Shown piece by piece: positions 1-9,829 of a stretch of 32,000 nucleotides of DNA. Position 1 is the first letter of the stretch, and each line of letters opens with the position of its first letter. The notes beneath the pieces are model-generated. The model was not told the DNA's origin, did not search any database, and saw only the letters and a program-made list of their open reading frames with translations. Made by a program: the position numbers and the translations under genes. This DNA is from Ruminococcus albus 7 = DSM 20455 (GTDB taxonomy: Bacteria; Bacillota; Clostridia; Oscillospirales; Ruminococcaceae): assembly GCF_000179635.2 (NCBI RefSeq), contig NC_014833.1:2220001-2252000 (forward strand), read 5' to 3'.

Positions 1-63
1 TTTTTTCCTCCGTTGTGAATGAAGATCTGATATCCTTGAAGTACTTTCTCAGCTGTTGCTTGG

Positions 64-609
64 TCAATTCTGACATTGGATACCCTTTCTGATATTTTCT
101 GCTTTAGCAGCGGAAACAAGTTCAGATACAAGTGTAAGTGCAAAATCAACTGCAACACCCGCACCTTTTGCAGTTATGAACTTTCCATCGACCTCAACGC
201 TCTTTTCAGAGATAACAGCTCCTTCAAGGTCTTTTTCAAATCCGGGAAAACAAATAGCTTTTTTACCTTTCAGCAGTCCCTTGTGACCGAGTATACTTGG
301 AGCTGCACAAATAGATGCTATATATTTATCGTTCTTAACGCAATAATCTATGGCAGCCTGAACATAGTCATTGTTTTCAAGGTTGATCGTACCAGGCATA
401 CCACCCGGTAGAACTATCATATCCACATTTTCATCAAGTACGACTTTGTCCACGGTGATATCTGCAGCAAATGTAACCTTATGCGCAGCAGTAATATACT
501 CATCTTCTACTCCCACCGTTACAAGTTCAACTCCTGCACGCCTTAAAATATCTATGGGGGCTAGAGCCTCAATTTCTTCAAAGCCGTGTGCCAGAAATAC
601 GTATACCAT
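64..609 (-). CDS. DJ-1/PfpI (ThiJ) family protein
   Basis: ORF 64..624 has the family motifs VLPGGMPG and IASICAAPSILG (nucleophile-elbow Cys). I place the start at ATG 609 (MVYVFLAHGFEE) because GGAGG lies 8 nt upstream. The track start at 624 is a TTG inside that RBS. Confidence 0.8.
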   Translation of the reverse strand: MVYVFLAHGFEEIEALAPIDILRRAGVELVTVGVEDEYITAAHKVTFAADITVDKVVLDENVDMIVLPGGMPGTINLENNDYVQAAIDYCVKNDKYIASICAAPSILGHKGLLKGKKAICFPGFEKDLEGAVISEKSVEVDGKFITAKGAGVAVDFALTLVSELVSAAKAENIRKGIQCQN

Positions 610-624
610 AGGATTTTCCTCCAA

Positions 625-1527
625 TTATTTAAAACTTACTGTATATTTATGTAAAAGATATTCGGGATGATAGGATAATTTTGAACGACGAAGGCCTTCA
701 ATTCCGAGATCCTCTTCCCTGTTGATATATTTAAGATGCGACGCATATTTTTTTGCAAACTGATTGCAAATCATAGGATAAGCTCCGTTAATATCACTTC
801 TTGCTTTTTCGATATGCACAACAAAAGTATCGCTGTTTAACTGTTCTCCCACTGTCATACCGACTATTTCATCACCGCATCGGAGTATCCCGCCTTTCAG
901 TCCAAGATAGTCCATATTCATCAGAAAACGATGGATAGCATACTGTTCTATAGCTGCTGAGCCATTATAATCACTGCCCGAGTTATACAAGTCAGCTGCG
1001 AAAAGTATACAGTCATCGATATCATCGGAAGTGATCTCATCGAAAGACCAGTCATTATCCATGAATCTTTTTATATGATTTCTTTTGCCGTGATACTTTT
1101 TTCCCTCCAAAGCGATAAGGTTATCAGACAAATATATATAATCCGAGCTTCCGCGGTCATAGTAATATGTTATCCTATCTCCGTAAAACTCTTTCATCCA
1201 TTCAAGATCACATTCCGTTACTGAACAAACTTTAAATGGATGTCCGTTATTTGTTATATATTTTTCAAGCTCGTCCAATAGCGATATCATCTGCTCTATA
1301 CCCTCAGTATCACTGCGGGAACCGGCAGGTAATACAATAACAGGTTCTCCTGCGATAAAACTCATCAGTATATAATGGTCTTTACTCAGACAAATAAGGG
1401 AATCACTGAGCCTGTGCCATGCGTAATTATTTGCAAAACTGTATTCGCAGCCGCGTCTGTCAGATACCGCCAATCTTGAATTGATCTCGTCGCGGTCAGT
1501 AAGCTCGATCTTTCTGAAATCAAACAT
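625..1527 (-). CDS. DUF2156-type protein (resembles the C-terminal domain of phosphatidylglycerol lysyltransferase)
   Basis: 300-aa ORF with an ATG start at 1527. The assignment rests on size and general sequence character recalled from memory, not on a search. Confidence 0.45.
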   Translation of the reverse strand: MFDFRKIELTDRDEINSRLAVSDRRGCEYSFANNYAWHRLSDSLICLSKDHYILMSFIAGEPVIVLPAGSRSDTEGIEQMISLLDELEKYITNNGHPFKVCSVTECDLEWMKEFYGDRITYYYDRGSSDYIYLSDNLIALEGKKYHGKRNHIKRFMDNDWSFDEITSDDIDDCILFAADLYNSGSDYNGSAAIEQYAIHRFLMNMDYLGLKGGILRCGDEIVGMTVGEQLNSDTFVVHIEKARSDINGAYPMICNQFAKKYASHLKYINREEDLGIEGLRRSKLSYHPEYLLHKYTVSFK

Positions 1528-1530
1528 TTA

Positions 1531-2187
1531 TTACTCTATGATCTCCGTCAGCTTATTAAATATTGCTTCAATGCTGAGAGGCTCATTTCCACAGCTGCAT
1601 TCAACAATATCCCATCCTTGTTTTTCAGCAGTGAAGAGTGCCGCCTTACGGCACATATGCAAAAATTCTATGTTTTTTTCATGTATATCTTTTTTACTCT
1701 CATCTCCGCCATACCTTGCTGAAAGCAGGCGCTGAGAGATCTCGATCGGCATATCAAGGAAAATTACTTTATCCGGTTTCGGAAGACTGAGTTTACAATA
1801 TTCATAATCCTCAAGCCATGCAAGATAGTTTTCCCATTCATCTTCGGGAAGTTTGGTCATCTGATAAATGCAATTGGATGTTACATACCTTGCAGCCAGA
1901 ATAAGACAGCCATCATTATAGTCTTTTTCCCAGTATTTTTTGTAACTTATATATCTGTCAGAGGCATAAAAGCTTGAAGCTGCATAAGCATTGACTGCCT
2001 CCGCACTTCCGGCTATCTCTCCATTAAGATACATCTTTACAAGAGTTGAGGATGGGTCTTCATAATCAGGAAAGCTAATGGCTTTAAGCTTGACATCCTT
2101 ATTTTTAAAATACTCTGAAAGCTTTTCAAACTGAGTGGATTTTCCGCTGCCGTCAAGACCTTCCAGAACGATAAGTTTATATTTCAT
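1531..2187 (-). CDS. tmk: dTMP (thymidylate) kinase
   Basis: P-loop LEGLDGSGKSTQ near the N-terminus. I prefer the ATG at 2187 (MKYKLIVLEG), which has AAGGTG upstream. The track start at 2211 is a GTG. The gene overlaps the thyX stop by 11 nt. Confidence 0.85.
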   Translation of the reverse strand: MKYKLIVLEGLDGSGKSTQFEKLSEYFKNKDVKLKAISFPDYEDPSSTLVKMYLNGEIAGSAEAVNAYAASSFYASDRYISYKKYWEKDYNDGCLILAARYVTSNCIYQMTKLPEDEWENYLAWLEDYEYCKLSLPKPDKVIFLDMPIEISQRLLSARYGGDESKKDIHEKNIEFLHMCRKAALFTAEKQGWDIVECSCGNEPLSIEAIFNKLTEIIE

Positions 2188-2953
2188 CTTTAAGCACCTT
2201 GTATTTTTCACGAACTTCAGCTATTTTTCCGCAGGACATCTTGCCTTCTGGACATTTACCTGTGGCAACGCATGAAGGGCCTGCGTTTCTGAAAACATTC
2301 GGTGCCACTTCACAACAAAGCCTAAGCATCTCATCGGCAACTGCCTTTATTTCCCACTGTGCTCTGTTGCAGCAGCGGTGTTCAAAAAAGTTGAACAGAC
2401 TTCTTACATTCATAGTCACAACGATCTTGGTCTCACAGGCATTTGGAAGAACAAATCTGGCATCTTCATTTGCTTTTTTTCTGGCATTACGCGATGCTGT
2501 TTTCTCATCCTGACCCAAGGCCATAAACTCAGCCTTGTGCTTTTCTGTAAGCAGTTCAGCGATCTTGTGATAGCTTTCTACAAGCATATCCATAGTGCGG
2601 TCAAATTCTTCCTTAGCTTCAGGCAATTCTTCTATCTCAGGGGGAGTAATGAAATCAAAACCATCCTCATTGACATAACGCTGGCTTTTCTGCGAATATG
2701 AAGCTATCCTGTGCCTTACAAGCTGATGTGAGCAGGCGCGCGATATCCCTTCGATACCAAAAGTGAAGCTGACGTGTTCCATAACGCTCTCATGACCGAT
2801 GGCAGCAAGCATATTGACGAATTCAGCTGTTTTTTCTTCGGTAAGTCCATCTTTTAGAGACCCGATATCGCTGCTTGAATAGCAAAGTTTAGCTGCAGTA
2901 GCAATAATTTTTTCGGGTTCTGGAGTATGGGCTATAAGCATTACTTTCATCAT
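2177..2953 (-). CDS. thyX: FAD-dependent thymidylate synthase
   Basis: ThyX signature RHRIASYSQKSQRY (RHRxxSxxxxSxR), with typical length and context next to tmk. Confidence 0.9.
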   Translation of the reverse strand: MMKVMLIAHTPEPEKIIATAAKLCYSSSDIGSLKDGLTEEKTAEFVNMLAAIGHESVMEHVSFTFGIEGISRACSHQLVRHRIASYSQKSQRYVNEDGFDFITPPEIEELPEAKEEFDRTMDMLVESYHKIAELLTEKHKAEFMALGQDEKTASRNARKKANEDARFVLPNACETKIVVTMNVRSLFNFFEHRCCNRAQWEIKAVADEMLRLCCEVAPNVFRNAGPSCVATGKCPEGKMSCGKIAEVREKYKVLKDEI

Positions 2954-3044
2954 TCAACTATCCTTTCATATCATATTTATATTTATTATAACATTAAATT
3001 CTAATCAAGTCAACAAATATTCGTAAATTTAACAAAATGACCAC

Positions 3045-3070
3045 GAAAAAAAGGCAGATAAACTCTGCCT
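3045..3070 (-). terminator. Rho-independent terminator downstream of recN
   Basis: On the minus strand, GGCAGAgtttaTCTGCC is followed by TTTTTTT (stem arms at 3053-3058 and 3064-3069, T-run at 3046-3052). Confidence 0.7.
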
Positions 3071-3088
3071 TTGAATAATTTTATAATC

Positions 3089-4756
3089 CTATTTGACCAC
3101 AAGAAGCTGTTCTTCAGCATTTTCAAGCATAAGCTCGGTAATATTATCACCGCCCATTATTCTGGCGATCTCATATTTTCTGCCCTCGTGATCAAGTTTT
3201 CTTACGCTGGTAACAGTACGGCCGTCAACAATGTTTTTTTCAATAAGCAAATGATTATCTGCCATAACTGCGATCTGAGCAAGATGGGTAACACAGAGAA
3301 CTTGTCTGTGTCTTGAGATTTCACGGAGTTTCTGACCGATTTTCTGTGCTGCTCTTCCGCTTACACCTGTATCTATCTCATCAAAGATAAGCGTATCTAT
3401 CGAATCCTTTTCAGCAAGTACACTTTTCAGCGCAAGCATTATTCTTGAAAGCTCACCGCCGGAAGCGATCTTGGCTATAGGTCTAGGTTCTTCACCGACA
3501 TTTGCGGATATAAGAAACTCTATATTATCCATTCCGTTCATTGTAAGCTTGCCATGCTGCTGCTCAACGACCAGCTTGACATTCGGCATATTAAGAAATC
3601 CCAGTTCTCCTGTGACCTGATCAACAAAACGTTCAGCTGCATTTTTTCTAAAATCCGAAAGTGTTTTCGCTTTAAGAGATACCTCCGTTAGCAGACGGCT
3701 TTTTTCATCTTCCAGCTCCTTGGCGCTCTGTTCCGAACTTGTCAGCTCATCTAGTTCTGCCTGACTGGTATCCAGGGTATTTATAACATCACTGAGCTCA
3801 GGACCGTATTTCTTGCATATCCTTCTAAGTTCATCTGAACGTTGATTCAGCCAATCAAATCGTTTTGGGTCAACATCAAGTCTATCAAGTATATTTGAAA
3901 GTTCTCCCGAAATATCATCGAGTTCTATTATCGCAGAATTCAATCTGTCATTGAGCGGAGCAAGTTCTGACATGATATCACTATAAGGATATATCTTATC
4001 AGAGCATTCAGAAACAAGTTCGGAAATACCGGCAGTATCATCATCACCTGAAAGAATCATCTGTGCAGCATATACTGCTTCGGATATAGCAACCGAATTT
4101 TTTGATACCTCAAGTTCTGCAGAAATCTGATTTTCCTCGTCGGGATCTGTAATATCGAGAGTACGTATCTCGGAAATTATATCTTCAAGCTCGGAAATAC
4201 GCAATGCCTTCCTGCCTTCTTCTTTATGAAGCTTATTAATCTTCTTAGCAATATCCTGTAATTCACGGAAAGACTTCTGATAATCTGAGATCAGAGCTTC
4301 AGAACCTGCGTAACCGTCAAGTATATCAATATGCTTTTCCGGTGACATCAGGATCTGATTGTCATGCTGACCGTGTATATTCACCAGAATACAGCCGATA
4401 TCGCGAAGAAGAGATACATTAACAGGTCGCTGATCTATTCTTGCGACACTGCCGCCGTCAGAACGTATCTCTCTTGTCAGAAGGATCTGACCTTCTTCAC
4501 ATTCAATACCCATATTTTTAAGCTGTTCAAGCACAGTTCCATGAATATCAGTAAAAAGCCCAGATATAACGGCCTTATCTGCCCCGGTACGGACTATATC
4601 CTTGGTAACACGCTGTCCGAGTATAGCATTGATACCGTTTATCAGTATAGATTTACCTGCACCTGTTTCACCGGTAAAAGCGTTAAAGCTCCCGTTAAAC
4701 TCAATTGATGCTTTTTCAATCACTGCGAGATTTTCGATATAAAGCTCTCTTAACAT
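3089..4756 (-). CDS. recN: DNA repair protein RecN
   Basis: 555 aa. It has an N-terminal Walker A (FTGETGAGKS), a long central coiled coil and a C-terminal SMC signature/Walker B (ASGGELSRIMLAL, LIFDEIDTGVSG). Confidence 0.95.
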   Translation of the reverse strand: MLRELYIENLAVIEKASIEFNGSFNAFTGETGAGKSILINGINAILGQRVTKDIVRTGADKAVISGLFTDIHGTVLEQLKNMGIECEEGQILLTREIRSDGGSVARIDQRPVNVSLLRDIGCILVNIHGQHDNQILMSPEKHIDILDGYAGSEALISDYQKSFRELQDIAKKINKLHKEEGRKALRISELEDIISEIRTLDITDPDEENQISAELEVSKNSVAISEAVYAAQMILSGDDDTAGISELVSECSDKIYPYSDIMSELAPLNDRLNSAIIELDDISGELSNILDRLDVDPKRFDWLNQRSDELRRICKKYGPELSDVINTLDTSQAELDELTSSEQSAKELEDEKSRLLTEVSLKAKTLSDFRKNAAERFVDQVTGELGFLNMPNVKLVVEQQHGKLTMNGMDNIEFLISANVGEEPRPIAKIASGGELSRIMLALKSVLAEKDSIDTLIFDEIDTGVSGRAAQKIGQKLREISRHRQVLCVTHLAQIAVMADNHLLIEKNIVDGRTVTSVRKLDHEGRKYEIARIMGGDNITELMLENAEEQLLVVK

Positions 4757-5230
4757 TTATTTTTCGTCCTTGCTGTACAAAATAGTATTAAGCTCGCGCA
4801 CTAGTCTTTCGGCATCTTTCTGTGTTCGCATAAGCATGAAGATAGTATCGTCGCCGGCAATGGTACCAACTGAATTCTCTATATCAGTATTATCAAGTTT
4901 AGCACATACTGCCTGAGCCATACCGACATGGCATTTGATAACAACGGTATTTATAGCATGATCTACACATATAACAGAACTATGTAATAGTCTGAGTGTA
5001 TCACTGCTGCCACTGTCAAGTCCTTCCCTGCTAAGACGGGGTACAGAGTATCTGCTGACACCAAGTTCATCGCTGACCTTTATCAGTGATAACTCTTTTA
5101 TATCCCTGGAAAGAGTAGCCTGTGTCACTGTCATACCATTTTCTTCCAAAGCTGCTCTGAGATTTTCCTGAGTATCTATGACTCTTTCCTGAACAAGCCG
5201 AAGTATAAGTTCATGACGATCGGTTTTCAT
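4757..5230 (-). CDS. argR: Arginine repressor
   Basis: N-terminal winged-helix region (TQATLSRDIKEL) and C-terminal oligomerisation motif (GTIAGDDTIF). The position between nadK and recN matches the Bacillus ahrC-recN arrangement. Confidence 0.9.
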   Translation of the reverse strand: MKTDRHELILRLVQERVIDTQENLRAALEENGMTVTQATLSRDIKELSLIKVSDELGVSRYSVPRLSREGLDSGSSDTLRLLHSSVICVDHAINTVVIKCHVGMAQAVCAKLDNTDIENSVGTIAGDDTIFMLMRTQKDAERLVRELNTILYSKDEK

Positions 5231-5232
5231 AA

Positions 5233-6096
5233 TTATCCCTCCGTATCTTTAAGAGGTCTCATAAGTTTATTATTGACCGATGAAAAAAAGCTTCCGCCAC
5301 AGATATCAATGATGTCAAGACTTTCCTTTGCACGGCGTATACTTATCTCATCACCGTCAGACAACCTGTAAACAATATTTCCATCCACATTGAGATGTAC
5401 ATGGGCATTATCTGCTGTATGGCATTTTACCTTGATATCGCTGGAAGACGAGAAAATCATCGATCTGGCAAATAACGTATGAGGGCATATCTGAGTAAAT
5501 TCTATACACTCCATCTCAGGTTCTATTATAGCACCGCCTGCTGAAAGTGAATAAGCCGTTGCACCTGTTGCTGTGGAAAAGATAACACCGTTCGCTCTGA
5601 TTAGAGAAACTATCTGACCATCTTTGACAACTTCAAAATCAGAGATCTTACAGTCATCAGACCTTGACACAACAACATCATTCAAAGCTGAATAGGTGTC
5701 TTCCTTGCCGCTTGCAGATGCTTCAAGCATCATTCTTCTGCTGATAGTATACTTGCCTTCCTTCAGGTTACGAAGAAGATCAAGCTGAGAATGCTCAAGG
5801 GATGCCATAAAGCCAAGTCTGCCGCAGTTTATTCCGAGTATAGGTGTTTTAAGACGTGAAGCACGACCGGCACACTTAAGTATCGTACCGTCACCGCCGA
5901 TCGCTATAATAATATCAGCATTATCCATGCACTCCTCTGTGCTGCCGAAAACCATACCTTCAACATCTGAAAAAACGTCTTTATACTTCTCACTTACAGA
6001 GAAACCTATACCGCAGCTGCGAAGGACATTACAAGCCTCAACAGTAAATTCTTCACAGCGATTTTTTCCAAGATTCGGATATAAAAATACTTTCAT
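5233..6096 (-). CDS. nadK: NAD+ kinase
   Basis: GGDGT motif (IAIGGDGTIL) and NAD kinase length. I chose the ATG at 6096 (MKVFLYPN) with AGGTGA upstream. The track start at 6105 is a GTG inside the RBS. Confidence 0.9.
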   Translation of the reverse strand: MKVFLYPNLGKNRCEEFTVEACNVLRSCGIGFSVSEKYKDVFSDVEGMVFGSTEECMDNADIIIAIGGDGTILKCAGRASRLKTPILGINCGRLGFMASLEHSQLDLLRNLKEGKYTISRRMMLEASASGKEDTYSALNDVVVSRSDDCKISDFEVVKDGQIVSLIRANGVIFSTATGATAYSLSAGGAIIEPEMECIEFTQICPHTLFARSMIFSSSSDIKVKCHTADNAHVHLNVDGNIVYRLSDGDEISIRRAKESLDIIDICGGSFFSSVNNKLMRPLKDTEG

Positions 6097-6097
6097 T

Positions 6098-6889
6098 TCA
6101 ATCACCTACTAAAAAAGCATTGTCAACAAGCTTTTTCAAATCAATAGGAGCAGACTTGGACATACCGTCTTTAACAAGATAAGCCAAATATTCCCTGTTT
6201 CCGTCACCTCCGGTTATTACTGACGGAACGATACCCTTTACAGATAATCCACAATCAGTAAAAAACACAGTCATACTGCTAAGAACACGGAGATGATCCT
6301 TTTTATCCCTGACAATACCTTTTTTGTTTAAAGCTGACTTTCCGGCTTCAAACTGCGGTTTGATCAGTACCGCCATTTTACCGCCCGTTCCTAGACATGA
6401 CACCAGCGCAGGAATGACCTGTGTCAGAGATATGAAGGAAAGATCAACACTGATGAATCCGACAGATTCAGAGAAATCGTCAGGTGTCAGATATCTTGCA
6501 TTAACACCTTCCATATTGATAACACGCTCATCTTTAACAAGGCTTTCGTCCAGTTGACCGTGGCCTACATCTACAGCATAAACCAGTCTGGCTCCGCGTT
6601 TAAGCATACATTGGGTAAAGCCTCCGGTCGAAGCGCCAATATCAGCACATACAACATCGGATATATCAAGCTGAAAAGCTTGAAAAGCTGTTTCCAGTTT
6701 GATAAGACCTCTTCCAACATAGTCAAAGCTGCTGTCATCTACCTCGATCAGATCGCTGTCACCAACCTCGGCAGCAGGCTTGGTACAGACCTTGCCGTTT
6801 ATCCTGACACAGCCTGACTTGATCATAGATTTGGCTCTTTCCCTGCTTTTAGCTAAAGCCTTTTCTGTAAGATAGATATCAAATCTCAT
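6098..6889 (-). CDS. tlyA: TlyA-family 16S/23S rRNA (cytidine-2'-O)-methyltransferase
   Basis: N-terminal S4 RNA-binding domain followed by an FtsJ-type SAM motif (DIGASTGGFT). The position after dxs is conserved. Confidence 0.85.
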   Translation of the reverse strand: MRFDIYLTEKALAKSRERAKSMIKSGCVRINGKVCTKPAAEVGDSDLIEVDDSSFDYVGRGLIKLETAFQAFQLDISDVVCADIGASTGGFTQCMLKRGARLVYAVDVGHGQLDESLVKDERVINMEGVNARYLTPDDFSESVGFISVDLSFISLTQVIPALVSCLGTGGKMAVLIKPQFEAGKSALNKKGIVRDKKDHLRVLSSMTVFFTDCGLSVKGIVPSVITGGDGNREYLAYLVKDGMSKSAPIDLKKLVDNAFLVGD

Positions 6890-8729
6890 GTCCTATCCTT
6901 TCTTCGATAGTACGAGCTATTTTATCTGCCGAAAGTCCAAGTTCATCCAGAAGCACATCGGGTTCACCATGATGTACCAGGGACTTTATATTGAAGGCTT
7001 CAACATTTCCGCAAAGTGCAGATAGTTTCTGTGAAATAGAGCCTTCAGAATAAGCTTCTTCAAAAAAGAATACCTTATCATATTGCTTTAAAGTATCAAT
7101 AACAGTATCTGACAAGGGAAATATCTTTACAAGCTTCATAACGTCACAATCTATATTTTTACTTCTAAGAACAGAAGCAGCCTTTTCAACGTTGCTGTAT
7201 ATTCTACCGTATGATACAAGCAGTACTGAACTGTTGTGTTCAGTTATATAAGTGCCTGTGCTGACAGTGTCAAGTAAATTACCTGACGGTTCTTTTCCTC
7301 TCGGATAACGTACTGCAACGATACCCTTATCCTCAAATACAGCTTTTTTAAGGCACAGCCTAAGCTCGTCATAATTTGAAGGAGAATATATAGTTATATC
7401 CGGAACAGCTGTCAGGAAAGATATATCAAAAATACCCTGATGAGTCTCGCCATCACTGCCCACTATACCTGCACGGTCAACACATATAACAGCATGAAGA
7501 CCTCCTATAGCAAGATCATGTATAAGTTGATCATAGCTGCGCTGTAAAAAAGTGGAATATACAGCAAAAACAGGTATCATGTCTGCAGAGGCAAGACCTC
7601 CGCAGAAAGTAACTGCGTGTTCCTCAGCTATTCCTACATCGAAAAATCTATCGGGAAAACTCTTTGCAAAATATTGCAGACCTGTACCGTATTTCATAGC
7701 TGCCGTTATTGCACATATACGTTTATCTGAACGAGCCAGCCTGCAAAGTTCCTTACCCATTACAGTAGAAAAACTGTCAGCACTGACCACATCCGGATTA
7801 CCTGTGGATATTTCAAATGATCCGACACCGTGAAATTCACCCGGATTAGCCTCTGCCGGACCGTAGCCCTTGCCTTTTATTGTATTTACATGAATGAAAA
7901 CAGGTTTTCTGAGTGATTTTGCTGCACGCAGCCCTGCTTCAAGCTCTTCTATATTATGACCATCTATAGGTCCAATAAATTCAAAACCAAGCTCATCAAA
8001 CATTGTGCTGTGAAGAAGCATATTTTTGAATGCATTCTTGGATGATCTGACAACATACTTGACCGGCTGACCTACTACAGGTGTAGCATCAAGTACTTTT
8101 TCTACGGCAGATTTAGTCTTTTTATACGAGGATTTAGTTCGCAACGTCGAAAGATATTTTGCCATACTACCCACATTACGAGAAATTGACATCTCGTTAT
8201 AATTGAGTATAACTATGATATTCGTATCGCTCTTACCCGCATTATTGAGCCCTTCAAAACTCAATCCGCCCGACATAGCGCCGTCACCAAGTACAGCGAT
8301 GGCGTGGTGATGATCACCTTTCAGCTTATTAGCGTAGGCAATACCAAGAGCTGCTGAGATGGAATTTGAGCTATGTCCGCTTATAAAAGCATCATGCTCG
8401 GATTCATCGGGACGGCAAAATCCGGATATCCCACCCTCTTTACGAAGGGTAGAAAATTTATCGCGCCTGCCTGTAAGGATTTTATGTGTGTAAGCCTGAT
8501 GACCTACGTCCCATACTATTTTATCCTTCGGAGAATCAAAAACCCTGTGCAGAGCTACTGTAAGCTCAACTGTACCAAGATTTGAAGCCAGATGCCCGCC
8601 GTTTTTTGAGACAGTCTTTATCAGCATTGTCCTTATTTGTCTGCAAAGATCATTACACTGTTCAGTCGTCAGCTTTTTGAGGTCTGCAGGCAGATCAAGA
8701 CGATAAAGATCAACTTTTTTGTCCGCCAT
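6879..8729 (-). CDS. dxs: 1-deoxy-D-xylulose-5-phosphate synthase
   Basis: 616 aa with the TPP-binding motif GDGAMSGG and typical Dxs N-terminal sequence (GGHLASNLGTVELTVALH). Confidence 0.95.
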   Translation of the reverse strand: MADKKVDLYRLDLPADLKKLTTEQCNDLCRQIRTMLIKTVSKNGGHLASNLGTVELTVALHRVFDSPKDKIVWDVGHQAYTHKILTGRRDKFSTLRKEGGISGFCRPDESEHDAFISGHSSNSISAALGIAYANKLKGDHHHAIAVLGDGAMSGGLSFEGLNNAGKSDTNIIVILNYNEMSISRNVGSMAKYLSTLRTKSSYKKTKSAVEKVLDATPVVGQPVKYVVRSSKNAFKNMLLHSTMFDELGFEFIGPIDGHNIEELEAGLRAAKSLRKPVFIHVNTIKGKGYGPAEANPGEFHGVGSFEISTGNPDVVSADSFSTVMGKELCRLARSDKRICAITAAMKYGTGLQYFAKSFPDRFFDVGIAEEHAVTFCGGLASADMIPVFAVYSTFLQRSYDQLIHDLAIGGLHAVICVDRAGIVGSDGETHQGIFDISFLTAVPDITIYSPSNYDELRLCLKKAVFEDKGIVAVRYPRGKEPSGNLLDTVSTGTYITEHNSSVLLVSYGRIYSNVEKAASVLRSKNIDCDVMKLVKIFPLSDTVIDTLKQYDKVFFFEEAYSEGSISQKLSALCGNVEAFNIKSLVHHGEPDVLLDELGLSADKIARTIEERIGHEI

Positions 8730-8754
8730 TAATCTTTAACTCCCTTCGCTGAGA

Positions 8755-9648
8755 TCATGAGCGTCTTTCAAGCAGCTCGCGGGTAAGCTCGAAAACAAAT
8801 TCGTTATTTTCAAAATTCTTCAACGCACCAAGAGCCGTGACAGTAAGCTGAGCAGCTTTCTGTCTTGAACGCTGCAGTCCAAGCAGTGAAACATAGGTAT
8901 TCTTATGCTGTTCGCTGTCGCTTCCAATCGGTTTTCCAAGCTCTTCAAATGTGCCAGTAACATCAAGGATATCATCCACGATCTGGAAAGCTCTGCCCAT
9001 AGCCTGTGCATAATCTGCAGCTGCTGGGATGTATTCCATCTTTCCGGAAAGCACGACTCCCATAACACAGGCGGCTTCAATAAGAGCACCAGTTTTACAT
9101 GATTGAAGCCGATTCAGTGTTTCGATATCTATTACTTCATTTTCTGTTTCAAGATCTATTACCTGACCGCCGATCATACCATCAGTTCCTATGGCCTTTG
9201 AAAGAACTGAAACGAGCATAACAGCAGTTTCAGCGGAGATGGTCCCCTCCATAGCACAATCAGTTATAACTTCAAAAGCAAGTGTATTGAGGGCATCACC
9301 TGCAAGCAGGGCTATATCCTCACTAAACGCCTTATGACATGATGGTTTTCCTCTTCGGAAATCATCGTTATCCATACATGGAAGATCATCATGTATCAAT
9401 GAGTAGGTGTGAATAAGCTCTACCGAACAAGCGACCTTTATCATTTTATCGATATCCTCTCCGCCGCACATACGGTAGAATTCAAGCACCAATATCGGTC
9501 TGAGCCTTTTACCGCCGGCTGTAAGGGAATACTCCATAGCTTCCAGTACAACACTCTGAAGTTCTGGTTTATTTTCAGTGAATCTCAACAGCTGCTCATC
9601 TATTTTAGCACAGTAGGCTTTCAGTAGCTGTTCGTGTCTATCAGTCAT
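8755..9648 (-). CDS. ispA: Polyprenyl (farnesyl/geranylgeranyl) diphosphate synthase
   Basis: First and second Asp-rich motifs are present (LIHDDLPCMDNDDFRRGKP and FQIVDDILD). Confidence 0.85.
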   Translation of the reverse strand: MTDRHEQLLKAYCAKIDEQLLRFTENKPELQSVVLEAMEYSLTAGGKRLRPILVLEFYRMCGGEDIDKMIKVACSVELIHTYSLIHDDLPCMDNDDFRRGKPSCHKAFSEDIALLAGDALNTLAFEVITDCAMEGTISAETAVMLVSVLSKAIGTDGMIGGQVIDLETENEVIDIETLNRLQSCKTGALIEAACVMGVVLSGKMEYIPAAADYAQAMGRAFQIVDDILDVTGTFEELGKPIGSDSEQHKNTYVSLLGLQRSRQKAAQLTVTALGALKNFENNEFVFELTRELLERRS

Positions 9649-9829
9649 CTGTATTATCTCCGTTCATATTTTTTACAGTGAGCTTTGCGTTTTCCAGCAT
9701 TTTTTTGCTGTCCACAGTCAGACCCACGCCCTCTTTATAAAGATCAAGCGCCTTATCAAGAGGAAGTTTATCACTTTCAAGCTGCCTGACTATATCATCA
9801 ATTCTCTGCAGATTTTCTTCAAATGTCAT
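9641..9829 (-). CDS. xseB: Exodeoxyribonuclease VII small subunit
   Basis: 62 aa and helical, with a typical N-terminus (FEENLQRIDDIVRQLE). It overlaps both xseA and ispA, as in other Firmicutes. Confidence 0.85.
   Translation of the reverse strand: MTFEENLQRIDDIVRQLESDKLPLDKALDLYKEGVGLTVDSKKMLENAKLTVKNMNGDNTDD

Noticed and set aside
2177-2400. Cys-rich C-terminal tail of ThyX (CCNRAQWEI...GPSCVATGKCPEGKMSCG), considered as an unusual extension
   Set aside because: From memory, similar Cys-containing C-termini occur in many ThyX proteins. Nothing in the sequence suggests a fusion or novelty.
8820-9089. 89-aa ORF nested in ispA on the same strand
   Set aside because: It is an alternative frame entirely inside a well-supported polyprenyl synthase gene. 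It has no independent RBS or motif.
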